DNA of 64,000 nt from an uncultured virus (IMG/VR IMGVR_UViG_3300025767_000004). Lineage: Duplodnaviria; Heunggongvirae; Uroviricota; Caudoviricetes. The stretch lies in the IMG/VR virus record IMGVR_UViG_3300025767_000004, one strand, 5' to 3'. Below are positions 48,496 to 57,559 of the stretch, one piece after another. Both the position numbers and the translations under genes were made by a program. Under the pieces are notes generated by a model that saw only the letters and a list, made by a program, of their open reading frames with translations, was not told where the DNA came from and searched no databases. Within the stretch, counting starts at the first letter, position 1; each line of letters starts with the position of its first letter.

Positions 48496-50631
48496 TTATA
48501 AACAAGTACTAACCTTCACCGTAAATTGTGTTCCATCAGGTTGTCCTAATAACCATCTATAAACTTTATATGATGACCCATTAATCGTAACCGTCTGACC
48601 ACCATTTGGTGTTACATTATACACTAAATTAGTCGCAGTGTCAATAATTGTTTCTACAGTACCCTGTGATACAGGGTGTAAATAGAACGCCTGTACTTCA
48701 TTAGAAGATGAACTATCACCAACATAATCTAAAGTATATGTTACGGTTGCTTTATCTGAACAAACGTCATGAGTAAATGTAGTTATTTTATTTGAATTGT
48801 TAAGTCTATCATTTACAAATGAATCAAATGTTGTTGGAGCCCCTTGAGTTAAGAATGGATAGAACTGATTATTATTACCATTAAATAATACTTGTCCCGC
48901 TCCCGCTCCTGAATCAGCATACATTAAGTATGACTCTGTAGGAGCACTTGTTGTTGTTGGTGTTGTACTTCCACCACCACTAGCAACCTCAGTTGAGTGG
49001 TAATATTCTACCTTATCATCTAAAGAAGTAATTGTAGATGACTGAGCACTTATTAAAGTCTGTAAACTACTCACTAAACTATTTAAATTACTAATGTCAT
49101 TATTAATGACCGTACTTAATTTACTATCTAATGAGATGATTGATGAATCGTTTGTTGAGATACTACTATTAATAGATTGCTCATCTAAATCGTGAGTGGT
49201 CTCTAAGTTACTTAACCTAGATGTTAATGATAGGTCACCAGTTAAACGATTGTCCTCTTCATTACTCACCCTACTATTAATAGAACCATCGTTATACTCT
49301 GTAGGTATTGAAATTGAATCGATGTCACTTTCTAATGTAGATACTCTACTATTAATTGATGTATCATTGTAAGTTGAACCTCCAATGTTGTCAACTCTAC
49401 TATTTAACGAATTAACCGAAGATGCAGTTGTAGATTCCTGACCACTAAGTCTCGTCTCGATAGATGTATCATCATAAGACTCAGATGAAGGTAATCCACT
49501 AACTGTTTGTTCTACTGTAGAAATTCTAGAAGATAACGAAGAATCATCAAAAGATGGGTGTATTAATAACCCTGCATAGTCTGATAATTCAGAAATATCA
49601 GAAACCATCGTAGGTATTACAATACCATCAACTCTTTGGTTTAATGAACTAACACTTAATGTCATCTCATTTTTAACTGACTCATCACCTGAGATTCTAC
49701 TACTTACTTCATTAGTGATACTAAGGTCAAGTCTAGCCTCGGTAGAAATTAAATTAACTTCGTCAGTCGATACTCTACTATTAATAGATGTGTCATTATA
49801 TGAATCCGTTGAGATTGAATCGATTCTTTGTGATAATGAATAATCTGAAGATTCTAAATTACTAACCGAAGAACTAAGTCTATTCTGAATAGATGCATCA
49901 TTATATGTAGCACCACCAATATTATCGAATCTACTATTTAAAGATGAAACCGATTGGTCCGTACCACTAATCCTTACCTCTAAAGAAGAAGGGTTAAATG
50001 ACTCAGGTATTACAATACCATTTAATGAACTCTCAATAGACGATACCTTTGTTGTTAATGAACTATCGTCAAACTCGTTTGGTATTACTATACCGTCAAT
50101 TTTATCATTTATAGAAGAAGTCGAACTAGTTAAATCCCCCTCAACCTCTGAAACACGACTAACTAAAGACGTGTCATTATATTCCGTAATACCAGTGATT
50201 CTTGTCTCCAATGAATCATCCCCTGATATTCTTAAACTCTCTTCTATTGATATGTTTGATGTTAATCCCTCATCTATAGTAGACCCTTGAGTACTTACCG
50301 CAACACTTAATGAGTCAACGATAGTCCCTTGGTCCAAACTTGATAAGTCAACTAAGAATTCGTCACCACCTGTTGTTGTTATTTTTAAAGAGGTACCAAT
50401 TAAGTCAACCGTACTAACACTGTTAGCCGCAACCTCACCAGTACTAATAGGGGTCAAATCTACCTGCTCAGTACTACCATCGTTTCTCTTAATAAGTAAG
50501 TCAGCACCACTAAGTTCTAACCCTGAAATAAGACCTGAGTCAACAATACTCGCTAACTCTTTTATCGTATCCACATTAGGACTTACACCCTGTATCGTAG
50601 TCGTTGTTGTTGTTTTATTGTATATAGCCAT
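48496..50631 (-). CDS. Ser/Asp-rich repeat fibre protein
   Basis: YNDTSINSRVS repeats, DTIKELA motif; TATTTATA at 50653-50660. Confidence 0.7.
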   Translation of the reverse strand: MAIYNKTTTTTTIQGVSPNVDTIKELASIVDSGLISGLELSGADLLIKRNDGSTEQVDLTPISTGEVAANSVSTVDLIGTSLKITTTGGDEFLVDLSSLDQGTIVDSLSVAVSTQGSTIDEGLTSNISIEESLRISGDDSLETRITGITEYNDTSLVSRVSEVEGDLTSSTSSINDKIDGIVIPNEFDDSSLTTKVSSIESSLNGIVIPESFNPSSLEVRISGTDQSVSSLNSRFDNIGGATYNDASIQNRLSSSVSNLESSDYSLSQRIDSISTDSYNDTSINSRVSTDEVNLISTEARLDLSITNEVSSRISGDESVKNEMTLSVSSLNQRVDGIVIPTMVSDISELSDYAGLLIHPSFDDSSLSSRISTVEQTVSGLPSSESYDDTSIETRLSGQESTTASSVNSLNSRVDNIGGSTYNDTSINSRVSTLESDIDSISIPTEYNDGSINSRVSNEEDNRLTGDLSLTSRLSNLETTHDLDEQSINSSISTNDSSIISLDSKLSTVINNDISNLNSLVSSLQTLISAQSSTITSLDDKVEYYHSTEVASGGGSTTPTTTSAPTESYLMYADSGAGAGQVLFNGNNNQFYPFLTQGAPTTFDSFVNDRLNNSNKITTFTHDVCSDKATVTYTLDYVGDSSSSNEVQAFYLHPVSQGTVETIIDTATNLVYNVTPNGGQTVTINGSSYKVYRWLLGQPDGTQFTVKVSTCL

Positions 50632-50714
50632 CTATCTATTCTTTTTGTTGTATATAAATATCTTAAACTTTATTATGAGTTTTAAAATCCTTACGTTTAT
50701 AAAAAATAATTAAC

Positions 50715-51686
50715 ATGAGGTATAGAAATTATAAATCCTACTCAACATATAATAAGGTATTACTACCTAACATCATTAGTGAAACTATTGTAGATTACTT
50801 TACACATTTGAATATCACTCATCCTTATAACATAAATACTTTAATTTATGATAAACACTGTAAGGTTTATATTCCTAAGACAAATATATTAGAATTAAAA
50901 AATTACTTATATAGTCAGAATAACGACTTAATTTCTAACTTTAAGAACTTAGAGTTTATTGAAACTTCTGAACCGTTCTTTTCCGATTACCTATCGTATG
51001 GTAATTACTACGGATACGCAATCAGTAATAATTATGGGTCCATACCTAAGGGTAAAAGTATATCAAATACAATACTCAATAAATTAGACGAGAAACATTC
51101 GAGTATCCTTCAGGTAACTTATGATACTAAGAATGATAACCTAACACGGTTAACTCTATTTACAACCGATAAAACCGTTGATAGTAATTTTGTATTTACA
51201 TTATCGGAATATATCACTGAAGATACAAACATTAAAGTTGTTTATACAAACCACAATACTAACGGTGAGTTTTATACCAATAACTCTAATCTACACATTA
51301 CACACGAGATTCCGAGTCATAACCCATTATTTGTAGGGGCAGACCCATTAAGTCCGTCTAAAGTTATACCACTATATCTTAGACATATCGCCAAGTCAAT
51401 GGTGAACTCATCACTTTTAGATGAATGTCTTATAACTGCGAACTACACCAATAACTCTTTAATCCCCGTCACACTGAATATCGACTCTTTTGGTACTGAG
51501 AAATACCCGATGAAATATATTTATACATGTCTAATGGATGTTTTTCCTTTATCATTAAAGGATATTAAAAAAGAGATTGACTTTTTTAAACCGATATATA
51601 GACAATCCTCAGAGTGTGATTATGTTAATAATATTAATTTACCTTGGGAGAGCACTAATAAGTCAAAAGATTTGATTATATTTTAA
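50715..51686 (+). CDS. Degenerate S-adenosylmethionine synthetase (MetK)-like protein lacking catalytic motifs
   Basis: Collinear MetK-like blocks YYGYA, QVTYD, NTNGEF, YLRHIAKSMVNSSLLDEC, IDSFGTEK, KPIYRQS, LPWESTNK; no GHPDK, GAGDQG or GGGAFSGKD. Confidence 0.7.
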   Translation: MRYRNYKSYSTYNKVLLPNIISETIVDYFTHLNITHPYNINTLIYDKHCKVYIPKTNILELKNYLYSQNNDLISNFKNLEFIETSEPFFSDYLSYGNYYGYAISNNYGSIPKGKSISNTILNKLDEKHSSILQVTYDTKNDNLTRLTLFTTDKTVDSNFVFTLSEYITEDTNIKVVYTNHNTNGEFYTNNSNLHITHEIPSHNPLFVGADPLSPSKVIPLYLRHIAKSMVNSSLLDECLITANYTNNSLIPVTLNIDSFGTEKYPMKYIYTCLMDVFPLSLKDIKKEIDFFKPIYRQSSECDYVNNINLPWESTNKSKDLIIF

Positions 51687-51688
51687 AT

Positions 51689-52237
51689 ATGAATAATACT
51701 AAAAAATGGATTTTTAAATATCGTTATCTTCAATTAGAGTTAGACGAAACTAAAGAAAAACAAGATAACTATACTAAGAAGTTTATGGAAGACTTTCATG
51801 AAGTCTTAGTCGACGAAAAAAATCAAGAAGGGATTAACAACGCATCTGAAGAAGGTAAACAACTTATAGACGCAATCAGTGATGAGGTTAAACCAAAAAA
51901 TAAATCTAAATTAGCAAAAGAACTTTACAGAAACATATCCCGTAAAACACATCCCGATGTGACAAAAGACGAAGATATGAATAATATCTTTAGTGAAGCC
52001 GCAGACGCATACGAAGAACTAAACCTTATGGAGTTAATTATGCTATCCGATAAGTTGGGTATTGATATTAGTTCTGAGATTGATGATAAAGATTTACAAA
52101 TGGTTCAAACTAACTGTGAGCAGGTTCAGGTAGAAATCGATACAATCAAATCAACATTAACGTGGCAATGGTGTACAACACCAGAAGAAAACAAAGAGGA
52201 ACTTAAAGAATACTTTATAGGTCTGTTGGTAAGGTAA
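51689..52237 (+). CDS. J-domain-containing protein
   Basis: KELYRNISRKTHPDV...IFSEAADAYE. Confidence 0.7.
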   Translation: MNNTKKWIFKYRYLQLELDETKEKQDNYTKKFMEDFHEVLVDEKNQEGINNASEEGKQLIDAISDEVKPKNKSKLAKELYRNISRKTHPDVTKDEDMNNIFSEAADAYEELNLMELIMLSDKLGIDISSEIDDKDLQMVQTNCEQVQVEIDTIKSTLTWQWCTTPEENKEELKEYFIGLLVR

Positions 52238-52239
52238 TC

Positions 52240-54081
52240 TTACTTAAGAAGTCTCTTAACTTCTTCTTCCTCAGCAATTAACTTTAATTTTGAAGGAGTT
52301 ATATACCCAATAGATTCGTCAATATTATATACGTTGGTCTTACGGTCAATAAATCCTACTGTCTCAAAAGTAGAATTGTTAACAAAGGTTGTTTTACCAT
52401 TCTCAACAATCATATTATGTGTCGCTAAGAAAAACTCTTTAACCTCGTCCTCACTAATCATAGCTGAAAAGTGTTCCATATCATATATGTATTTACTCAA
52501 CAATCTATCAAAAGTTTCTGGACTGTCCATATTACCCATATCGAAGTAATCTCCTTCATCATCAATAATCGTAATATCCCCATTATTTGAAACTCTTATA
52601 TATAAGGTTTCCAAATCACCATCAATAATCATAACAAATCCAAAATCATTATATTCGTCTTTGTCTGAGTAATCAACTACGTGTCTTGGTCTATACCCTA
52701 TATTCGTTAACGTATCAGTTATATAGTCAATAATTTCTTCACTATTGTGGTGGTCAAACTCTTCGTTTATTAACCTACTTTCATTTAATGTATCACTTAC
52801 CTCATCAACTGTCGTTGTTACTTCAGGGTATTTACCACCAATCTTACTTTCGTCTTTATCTTTATAGTCGATGTTCTTTAGAACGTGTCTTAATAAATTT
52901 AAGGTACCAACTCTTTTGTCATTACTATCAACAACAGTCCACGGCATCGCCTCTTTAGTCTGTGTCAATACTTTCTCCTTATACTCCGTATAACTATCCC
53001 ACTTATCAATCGACTTTTCATCGTTGGGTGAGAACTTCCAATATTTTAATGGTGAATTCTTTCTTAGGTCGAATCTTTTCTTTTGAGTTTCTGAAGTGAT
53101 TGACAACCAAAACTTAAATAGTTTAACCCCTCTATCAACTAACGACTTCTCAAAATCGTTTACAGTATTCATAAAGTCAAAATACTCTTCTTCACTACCG
53201 TAACCCATAACAGGTTCAACTATACCTCTGTTGTACCAACTACGGTCAAAGAATGTTATCTTTCCTGGTTCAATATACTTTTCATATCTTCCGAACCAAT
53301 CTTTTCTTTCCTCATCTGATGGTATACCTAAAGCCACAACCTTAAAATACTTAGGGTCTAAGTATTCTGTCATTTTTTTAATTGTAGAACCTTTACCTGC
53401 AGAATCTCTTCCTTCCATTACAATAGCAACAGGAGTACTAGTTTCTTTTACATGTTCCTGTAGTTTTAATAACTCAACCTGTAGGGGTAATAATTCTTTT
53501 TTGAATTGCTTTCTACCAATCTTAGATTGTTCTGGCTCGATACCACCATAAAGAAAATCATCGTCAATACCAAAATCATCTGACGGGTCAGACTTTGAAT
53601 CTTCCCTACTCTTAATTGAGTCGATGTATTTTTGGATGTACTTTTTTATGTTTTCAGTTTTATCTCCCGACTTAAGTAATTTTCTATCTAAATTTCTAAT
53701 AAATGAATCTGAGATATCATCATCAGTTAACTGACCAACTAAATCTTCTAAAGATTCTGAATCAATTTCACTATCTCTTAATTTGTCTTTTAAGGTATCA
53801 ACACTTTCAACAACCAATCCTAACATCTTATTAATGAATGTTGTTGGAAATACATTATAGATATCCTCTTTAATAATATCCTTACCGTTTTTCTTTATAG
53901 TATAGAAAACTTCACCATTACGCGATTCTGTTAATGTTGTATTTTTTGCAATTGAGATATTATAATACTCTCCCGTACTCTCTTCAATGAATACAAAGTT
54001 TTTAAATCCTATCGCCTCATTAACCTCTAATAATGTCTTACCTTTAACATTTAAAAGTAATTTGGATTCTGTGATGTTCAT
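52240..54081 (-). CDS. ppk2: Polyphosphate kinase 2 with long N- and C-terminal extensions
   Basis: LQVELLKLQ, MEGRDSAGKGSTIK, FDRSWYNR, KFWLSI, LKYWKFSPND, PWTVV. Confidence 0.93.
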   Translation of the reverse strand: MNITESKLLLNVKGKTLLEVNEAIGFKNFVFIEESTGEYYNISIAKNTTLTESRNGEVFYTIKKNGKDIIKEDIYNVFPTTFINKMLGLVVESVDTLKDKLRDSEIDSESLEDLVGQLTDDDISDSFIRNLDRKLLKSGDKTENIKKYIQKYIDSIKSREDSKSDPSDDFGIDDDFLYGGIEPEQSKIGRKQFKKELLPLQVELLKLQEHVKETSTPVAIVMEGRDSAGKGSTIKKMTEYLDPKYFKVVALGIPSDEERKDWFGRYEKYIEPGKITFFDRSWYNRGIVEPVMGYGSEEEYFDFMNTVNDFEKSLVDRGVKLFKFWLSITSETQKKRFDLRKNSPLKYWKFSPNDEKSIDKWDSYTEYKEKVLTQTKEAMPWTVVDSNDKRVGTLNLLRHVLKNIDYKDKDESKIGGKYPEVTTTVDEVSDTLNESRLINEEFDHHNSEEIIDYITDTLTNIGYRPRHVVDYSDKDEYNDFGFVMIIDGDLETLYIRVSNNGDITIIDDEGDYFDMGNMDSPETFDRLLSKYIYDMEHFSAMISEDEVKEFFLATHNMIVENGKTTFVNNSTFETVGFIDRKTNVYNIDESIGYITPSKLKLIAEEEEVKRLLK

Positions 54082-54096
54082 ACTATTAAGTTTTAA

Positions 54097-54104
54097 TATA
54101 AATA
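54097..54104 (-). promoter_or_regulatory. Putative late promoter TATTTATA for ppk2
   Basis: tataaata on +, about 15 nt upstream of the ATG. Confidence 0.55.
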
Positions 54105-54638
54105 CTACTTTAGTTTAGAAATTAACGTAAAGTAATCAATATTACTATCACAGTAATGTACAATAGATTCTAATAGTGTTCTAAACTTCTTAACTTTAGG
54201 TTTAACCTTCTCACTTAAGATATAAAGATTAATAACCGTTGATAACATCTCTATCGATAACTCACCGTAAAAATTAAGTTCCGAATATTCACCTAACACC
54301 CTGTCAAAATCAAAGACATAACTATCTCTCTCTTCAACACTTGAGGGTACCACCATAGTATCCCATATCATTAAAAAATCAACGATAAAATCTTTGGTTA
54401 GTTCTTTGTTCTGCTGAGCCTTTAATAGAAGGTCAACACCAATCATACAGTATGAAGGAGTTCTCAGATTTTTAGACTTACTCGTATCTAAATACTTCAC
54501 CATAAAGTCCATATCTGTTATATCCCCATCAAATGTGGCGATAACAACACCCTCATCCAACTGAAACTCTCTAATAGATTTTAATCTAGGACCTCTAGGT
54601 ACTTTATATTCTAACCCAACCTTAGTCTCAACTATCAT
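54105..54638 (-). CDS. Hypothetical protein
   Basis: 177 aa ORF coupled to glutaredoxin. Confidence 0.6.
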   Translation of the reverse strand: MIVETKVGLEYKVPRGPRLKSIREFQLDEGVVIATFDGDITDMDFMVKYLDTSKSKNLRTPSYCMIGVDLLLKAQQNKELTKDFIVDFLMIWDTMVVPSSVEERDSYVFDFDRVLGEYSELNFYGELSIEMLSTVINLYILSEKVKPKVKKFRTLLESIVHYCDSNIDYFTLISKLK

Positions 54639-54907
54639 AGATATTCCTTTATTAGTGTTACCGCATCGGGTAAGTCATGAAAATCTCTATCAGGTGTCAA
54701 ATACCTTTTAGTGAATTTTTCATCATCTCTTATTTCTATTGCCGGAATAAATTCATTTTTAGTATGGTCTACTAATAACGCATACTGCATTTCGTAGTCA
54801 TCACAATTTCTTTCAGTATACACCACCTTACTTTCATCCAATAACTCCTTCATTTGAAGACAGTAAGGACACGTATCCATCGTATAAACAAAAACCGTTT
54901 TAGACAT
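54635..54907 (-). CDS. Glutaredoxin-like protein
   Basis: VYT...CPYC...IP. Confidence 0.85.
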   Translation of the reverse strand: MSKTVFVYTMDTCPYCLQMKELLDESKVVYTERNCDDYEMQYALLVDHTKNEFIPAIEIRDDEKFTKRYLTPDRDFHDLPDAVTLIKEYL

Positions 54908-55220
54908 TTAATGACTCTTTTATAGTTTCAATTAGGTGTTGTTTAGATTGTACCCCAGAATATCTCTCTTTGATTTCACCGTTATCAATCATAACAAACG
55001 TTGGAATTCCTCTAACCCCAAACTCTGCAGATAATTCTCTCTCCTCATCAGCGTTTACCTTAACAAAAGTAACTTCACTATCCTTAAACTCTTCAGATAC
55101 TGTTTCTAATACAGGCATCATCATCTTACACGGTCCACACCAATCAGCGTAGAAATCTATAAACACTTTATTGTTTCCGTTTTGTAATTCTTTAAATTCT
55201 TCGTAATTTACTTTTTCCAT
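54900..55220 (-). CDS. trxA: Thioredoxin
   Basis: DFYADWCGPCK, GVRGIPT. Confidence 0.95.
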   Translation of the reverse strand: MEKVNYEEFKELQNGNNKVFIDFYADWCGPCKMMMPVLETVSEEFKDSEVTFVKVNADEERELSAEFGVRGIPTFVMIDNGEIKERYSGVQSKQHLIETIKESLNV

Positions 55221-55270
55221 TATATTATATTTTATACAATCTTAATCAATTAATTTATTTTTATAAAGTA

Positions 55271-55855
55271 TTATTTAGCAACTCTAAAAATACTATAATC
55301 TAATCCTTTTAAATTTTCATTTGGGAATCTATATTCCAATGTATCATTACTCGTGGTGATAATCTTAGTGAATGAGGTTGGTAACTCAGCCCCATACGGT
55401 AACATAACACTACCCTCAAAGTTCACAGTAACCTTTACAGTGACTTTTCCGTATTTCTTAAGTAATTCCCTTTCATACTTTTCTAAGTCCTTCCACGGTC
55501 CTCTATTAAGTCCCTCGTGTTGAAGGGAACAGTTTAAATAACTAAAGGTGGTTTTTAAATCCTCTTCGTCGCAATTAAAGTCCGCCGCTGGTGCAATATG
55601 ACCCTTATCCCAAACATTATTTTTATAATCTTGGTTATTGGAAGTGACAACTCCCTTATACGACCTAAAGTCCAATCCTTTACGACTATACTTACTCTCG
55701 TAACATAATACTTCATACTCAACCATTAGTGGTTGTTGCTTAACCTCAGAATAAATTACTTTATATATCCCCATATCCACAAAAACACTATCTCTAAGTG
55801 TCTGTGAATATAAGTTTCCAAAACTTAATACAAAAATTATCGTTAATATTCTCAT
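55271..55855 (-). CDS. DNA/RNA non-specific endonuclease (His-Me, NucA-like) with signal peptide
   Basis: WDKGHIAPAAD, TFSYLN, LNRGPWKDLE; N-terminal signal MRILTIIFVLSFGNLYSQ. Confidence 0.9.
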   Translation of the reverse strand: MRILTIIFVLSFGNLYSQTLRDSVFVDMGIYKVIYSEVKQQPLMVEYEVLCYESKYSRKGLDFRSYKGVVTSNNQDYKNNVWDKGHIAPAADFNCDEEDLKTTFSYLNCSLQHEGLNRGPWKDLEKYERELLKKYGKVTVKVTVNFEGSVMLPYGAELPTSFTKIITTSNDTLEYRFPNENLKGLDYSIFRVAK

Positions 55856-57492
55856 TAAAATTCTATTTCTATTCTATCATAATCATTATCCATATATTCA
55901 TCGAATGTCAAACCTCTGGATAGTCTCTTATAATTTCTTTTATCTTCACCCTCTAATATAGTATAACTGTCACTCTTAGTATTGTAAACTTTAACTTTAA
56001 AATCTGATAGCGATTTTTTCCTTACCAACTGTTTAATAATATTCTCAATATATTCTGCCGAGTCATACATAGACTCATCTATGTCTTTGTTGAATCTCAT
56101 TCTTTTCTGAATACACTGACCCTTCATATTAAACTCCATTGTAATTCTTTCTTTACCCTTTCTAGCAGATACTATAATAGTGTTGAATTTATCGGCATAA
56201 GTCCTCACACAATTATGTTGGTAAATCGACTCTTCAATATAGTCCATATCATTTTCCAATAACTTATACTCTGTCCCATTAAAGTTTGTATTGATAGTCT
56301 CTTTAACCTCGTCATCAAAAAGATAATAAATCTCTTCAGACTTCGCATACATCTGTATTCTTTGACTACACGAATAATGAACCTCTTTAAATTGTTCAAT
56401 AGTAAATTCACCAAATTTTAATTCAGGTTCAAAAGGTTTAAGGGAGTCCATTATTCTTAAATGGTCAATAATGATTCCAGTTAAATTAGTTCTTTGGTGC
56501 TCGTTAAACTTAACCGCAACCCCCTGTTGACTAACATATAAATTTATTAACTTAACAATGTTTTTTCTATCATTGTCAGTTAACCATTCATAATTTAACT
56601 CATTCCTTTGTTCTTCCCAATTGGTCAAATCTTTGTTATTCCCGTATAATCTTTTTTCTGATTTAAAAAACTCTCTATCTATGGTTTTGAAGTATTTAAT
56701 CCCTAATATCTGTAAATAGTCAACCATAATCGACACATCAGGCAATCCCTGATTAAAAACCTTATTGAAGTACTTACCCTTAAAATTCAATTTACTCATT
56801 AAAGACTTTACGATATTCCCATCGTTCTTCTTCATCGCCACTTTACCAGGGTAATACTTAAGGAAATAATTATATATGTTGTTCGGTCCTTTATAACCGT
56901 TTCTTTTTACAAAAACATCAATAAGTGAGTAATGGATTGGATACTTATACTCAACGTCATCATCTAACTCAGATAGGAAAGCCTTAAATATGCTATTAAT
57001 CTCAACTCCGTTTATATTGAATCTTTTAATCTCATTATTAAACGTACTACTCAACATCTCAAAATTATTAACGTATATCTTACTACGTTCTCGATTATAT
57101 AAAGATTTTTCTTTCTCTATGATGTAAAAATTATTCGTCCTCTTATTATATGTTAAAAATATTCGATAATATGTCTTTGAAAAGAATTTTTTACCTACCT
57201 TTCTATGTTTGTTGTATTCGTAAAGACCAATCCTTACTTTATCTCCCTCAGTCTCAACAACCACAGTTTTTCGATAACAGTCTAACTCCGCTAATCCATT
57301 TGAGTAATTATCCACAAAGGATTCCTCAGTATGTTCCGAGTTCTTAATTCTAAACCTATACTCACTCCCGTTTCTTTCAAATCGAGTCCTAGTGTATGCT
57401 CCACGCACAATGATATCATCGAGACTATTCTCCACCTCGTGAAATATAACATTGTATTCCTTAAATACTTCTTTGAGTATTACTCGTCTCAT
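55855..57492 (-). CDS. PcfJ-like domain protein
   Basis: C-terminal EESIYQHNCVRTY...ITME pattern. Confidence 0.65.
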   Translation of the reverse strand: MRRVILKEVFKEYNVIFHEVENSLDDIIVRGAYTRTRFERNGSEYRFRIKNSEHTEESFVDNYSNGLAELDCYRKTVVVETEGDKVRIGLYEYNKHRKVGKKFFSKTYYRIFLTYNKRTNNFYIIEKEKSLYNRERSKIYVNNFEMLSSTFNNEIKRFNINGVEINSIFKAFLSELDDDVEYKYPIHYSLIDVFVKRNGYKGPNNIYNYFLKYYPGKVAMKKNDGNIVKSLMSKLNFKGKYFNKVFNQGLPDVSIMVDYLQILGIKYFKTIDREFFKSEKRLYGNNKDLTNWEEQRNELNYEWLTDNDRKNIVKLINLYVSQQGVAVKFNEHQRTNLTGIIIDHLRIMDSLKPFEPELKFGEFTIEQFKEVHYSCSQRIQMYAKSEEIYYLFDDEVKETINTNFNGTEYKLLENDMDYIEESIYQHNCVRTYADKFNTIIVSARKGKERITMEFNMKGQCIQKRMRFNKDIDESMYDSAEYIENIIKQLVRKKSLSDFKVKVYNTKSDSYTILEGEDKRNYKRLSRGLTFDEYMDNDYDRIEIEF

Positions 57493-57531
57493 CTTAACTA
57501 TTTTTATAATATTAACTAAAATAAAAACAAT

Positions 57532-57559
57532 AAAAAAGAGGACCGTAGTCCTCTTTTTT
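57532..57559. terminator. Bidirectional-type intrinsic terminator
   Basis: aaaaaagaggac-cgta-gtcctctttttt. Confidence 0.75.

Noticed and set aside
27829..50631. CRISPR array or non-coding tandem repeat
   Set aside because: All repeats are in-frame coding with synonymous variation; there is no constant repeat with unique spacers.
50715..51686. Calling this gene a functional metK or a pseudogene
   Set aside because: Catalytic motifs are absent, yet the frame is intact and collinear, so it is reported as a pseudo-enzyme.
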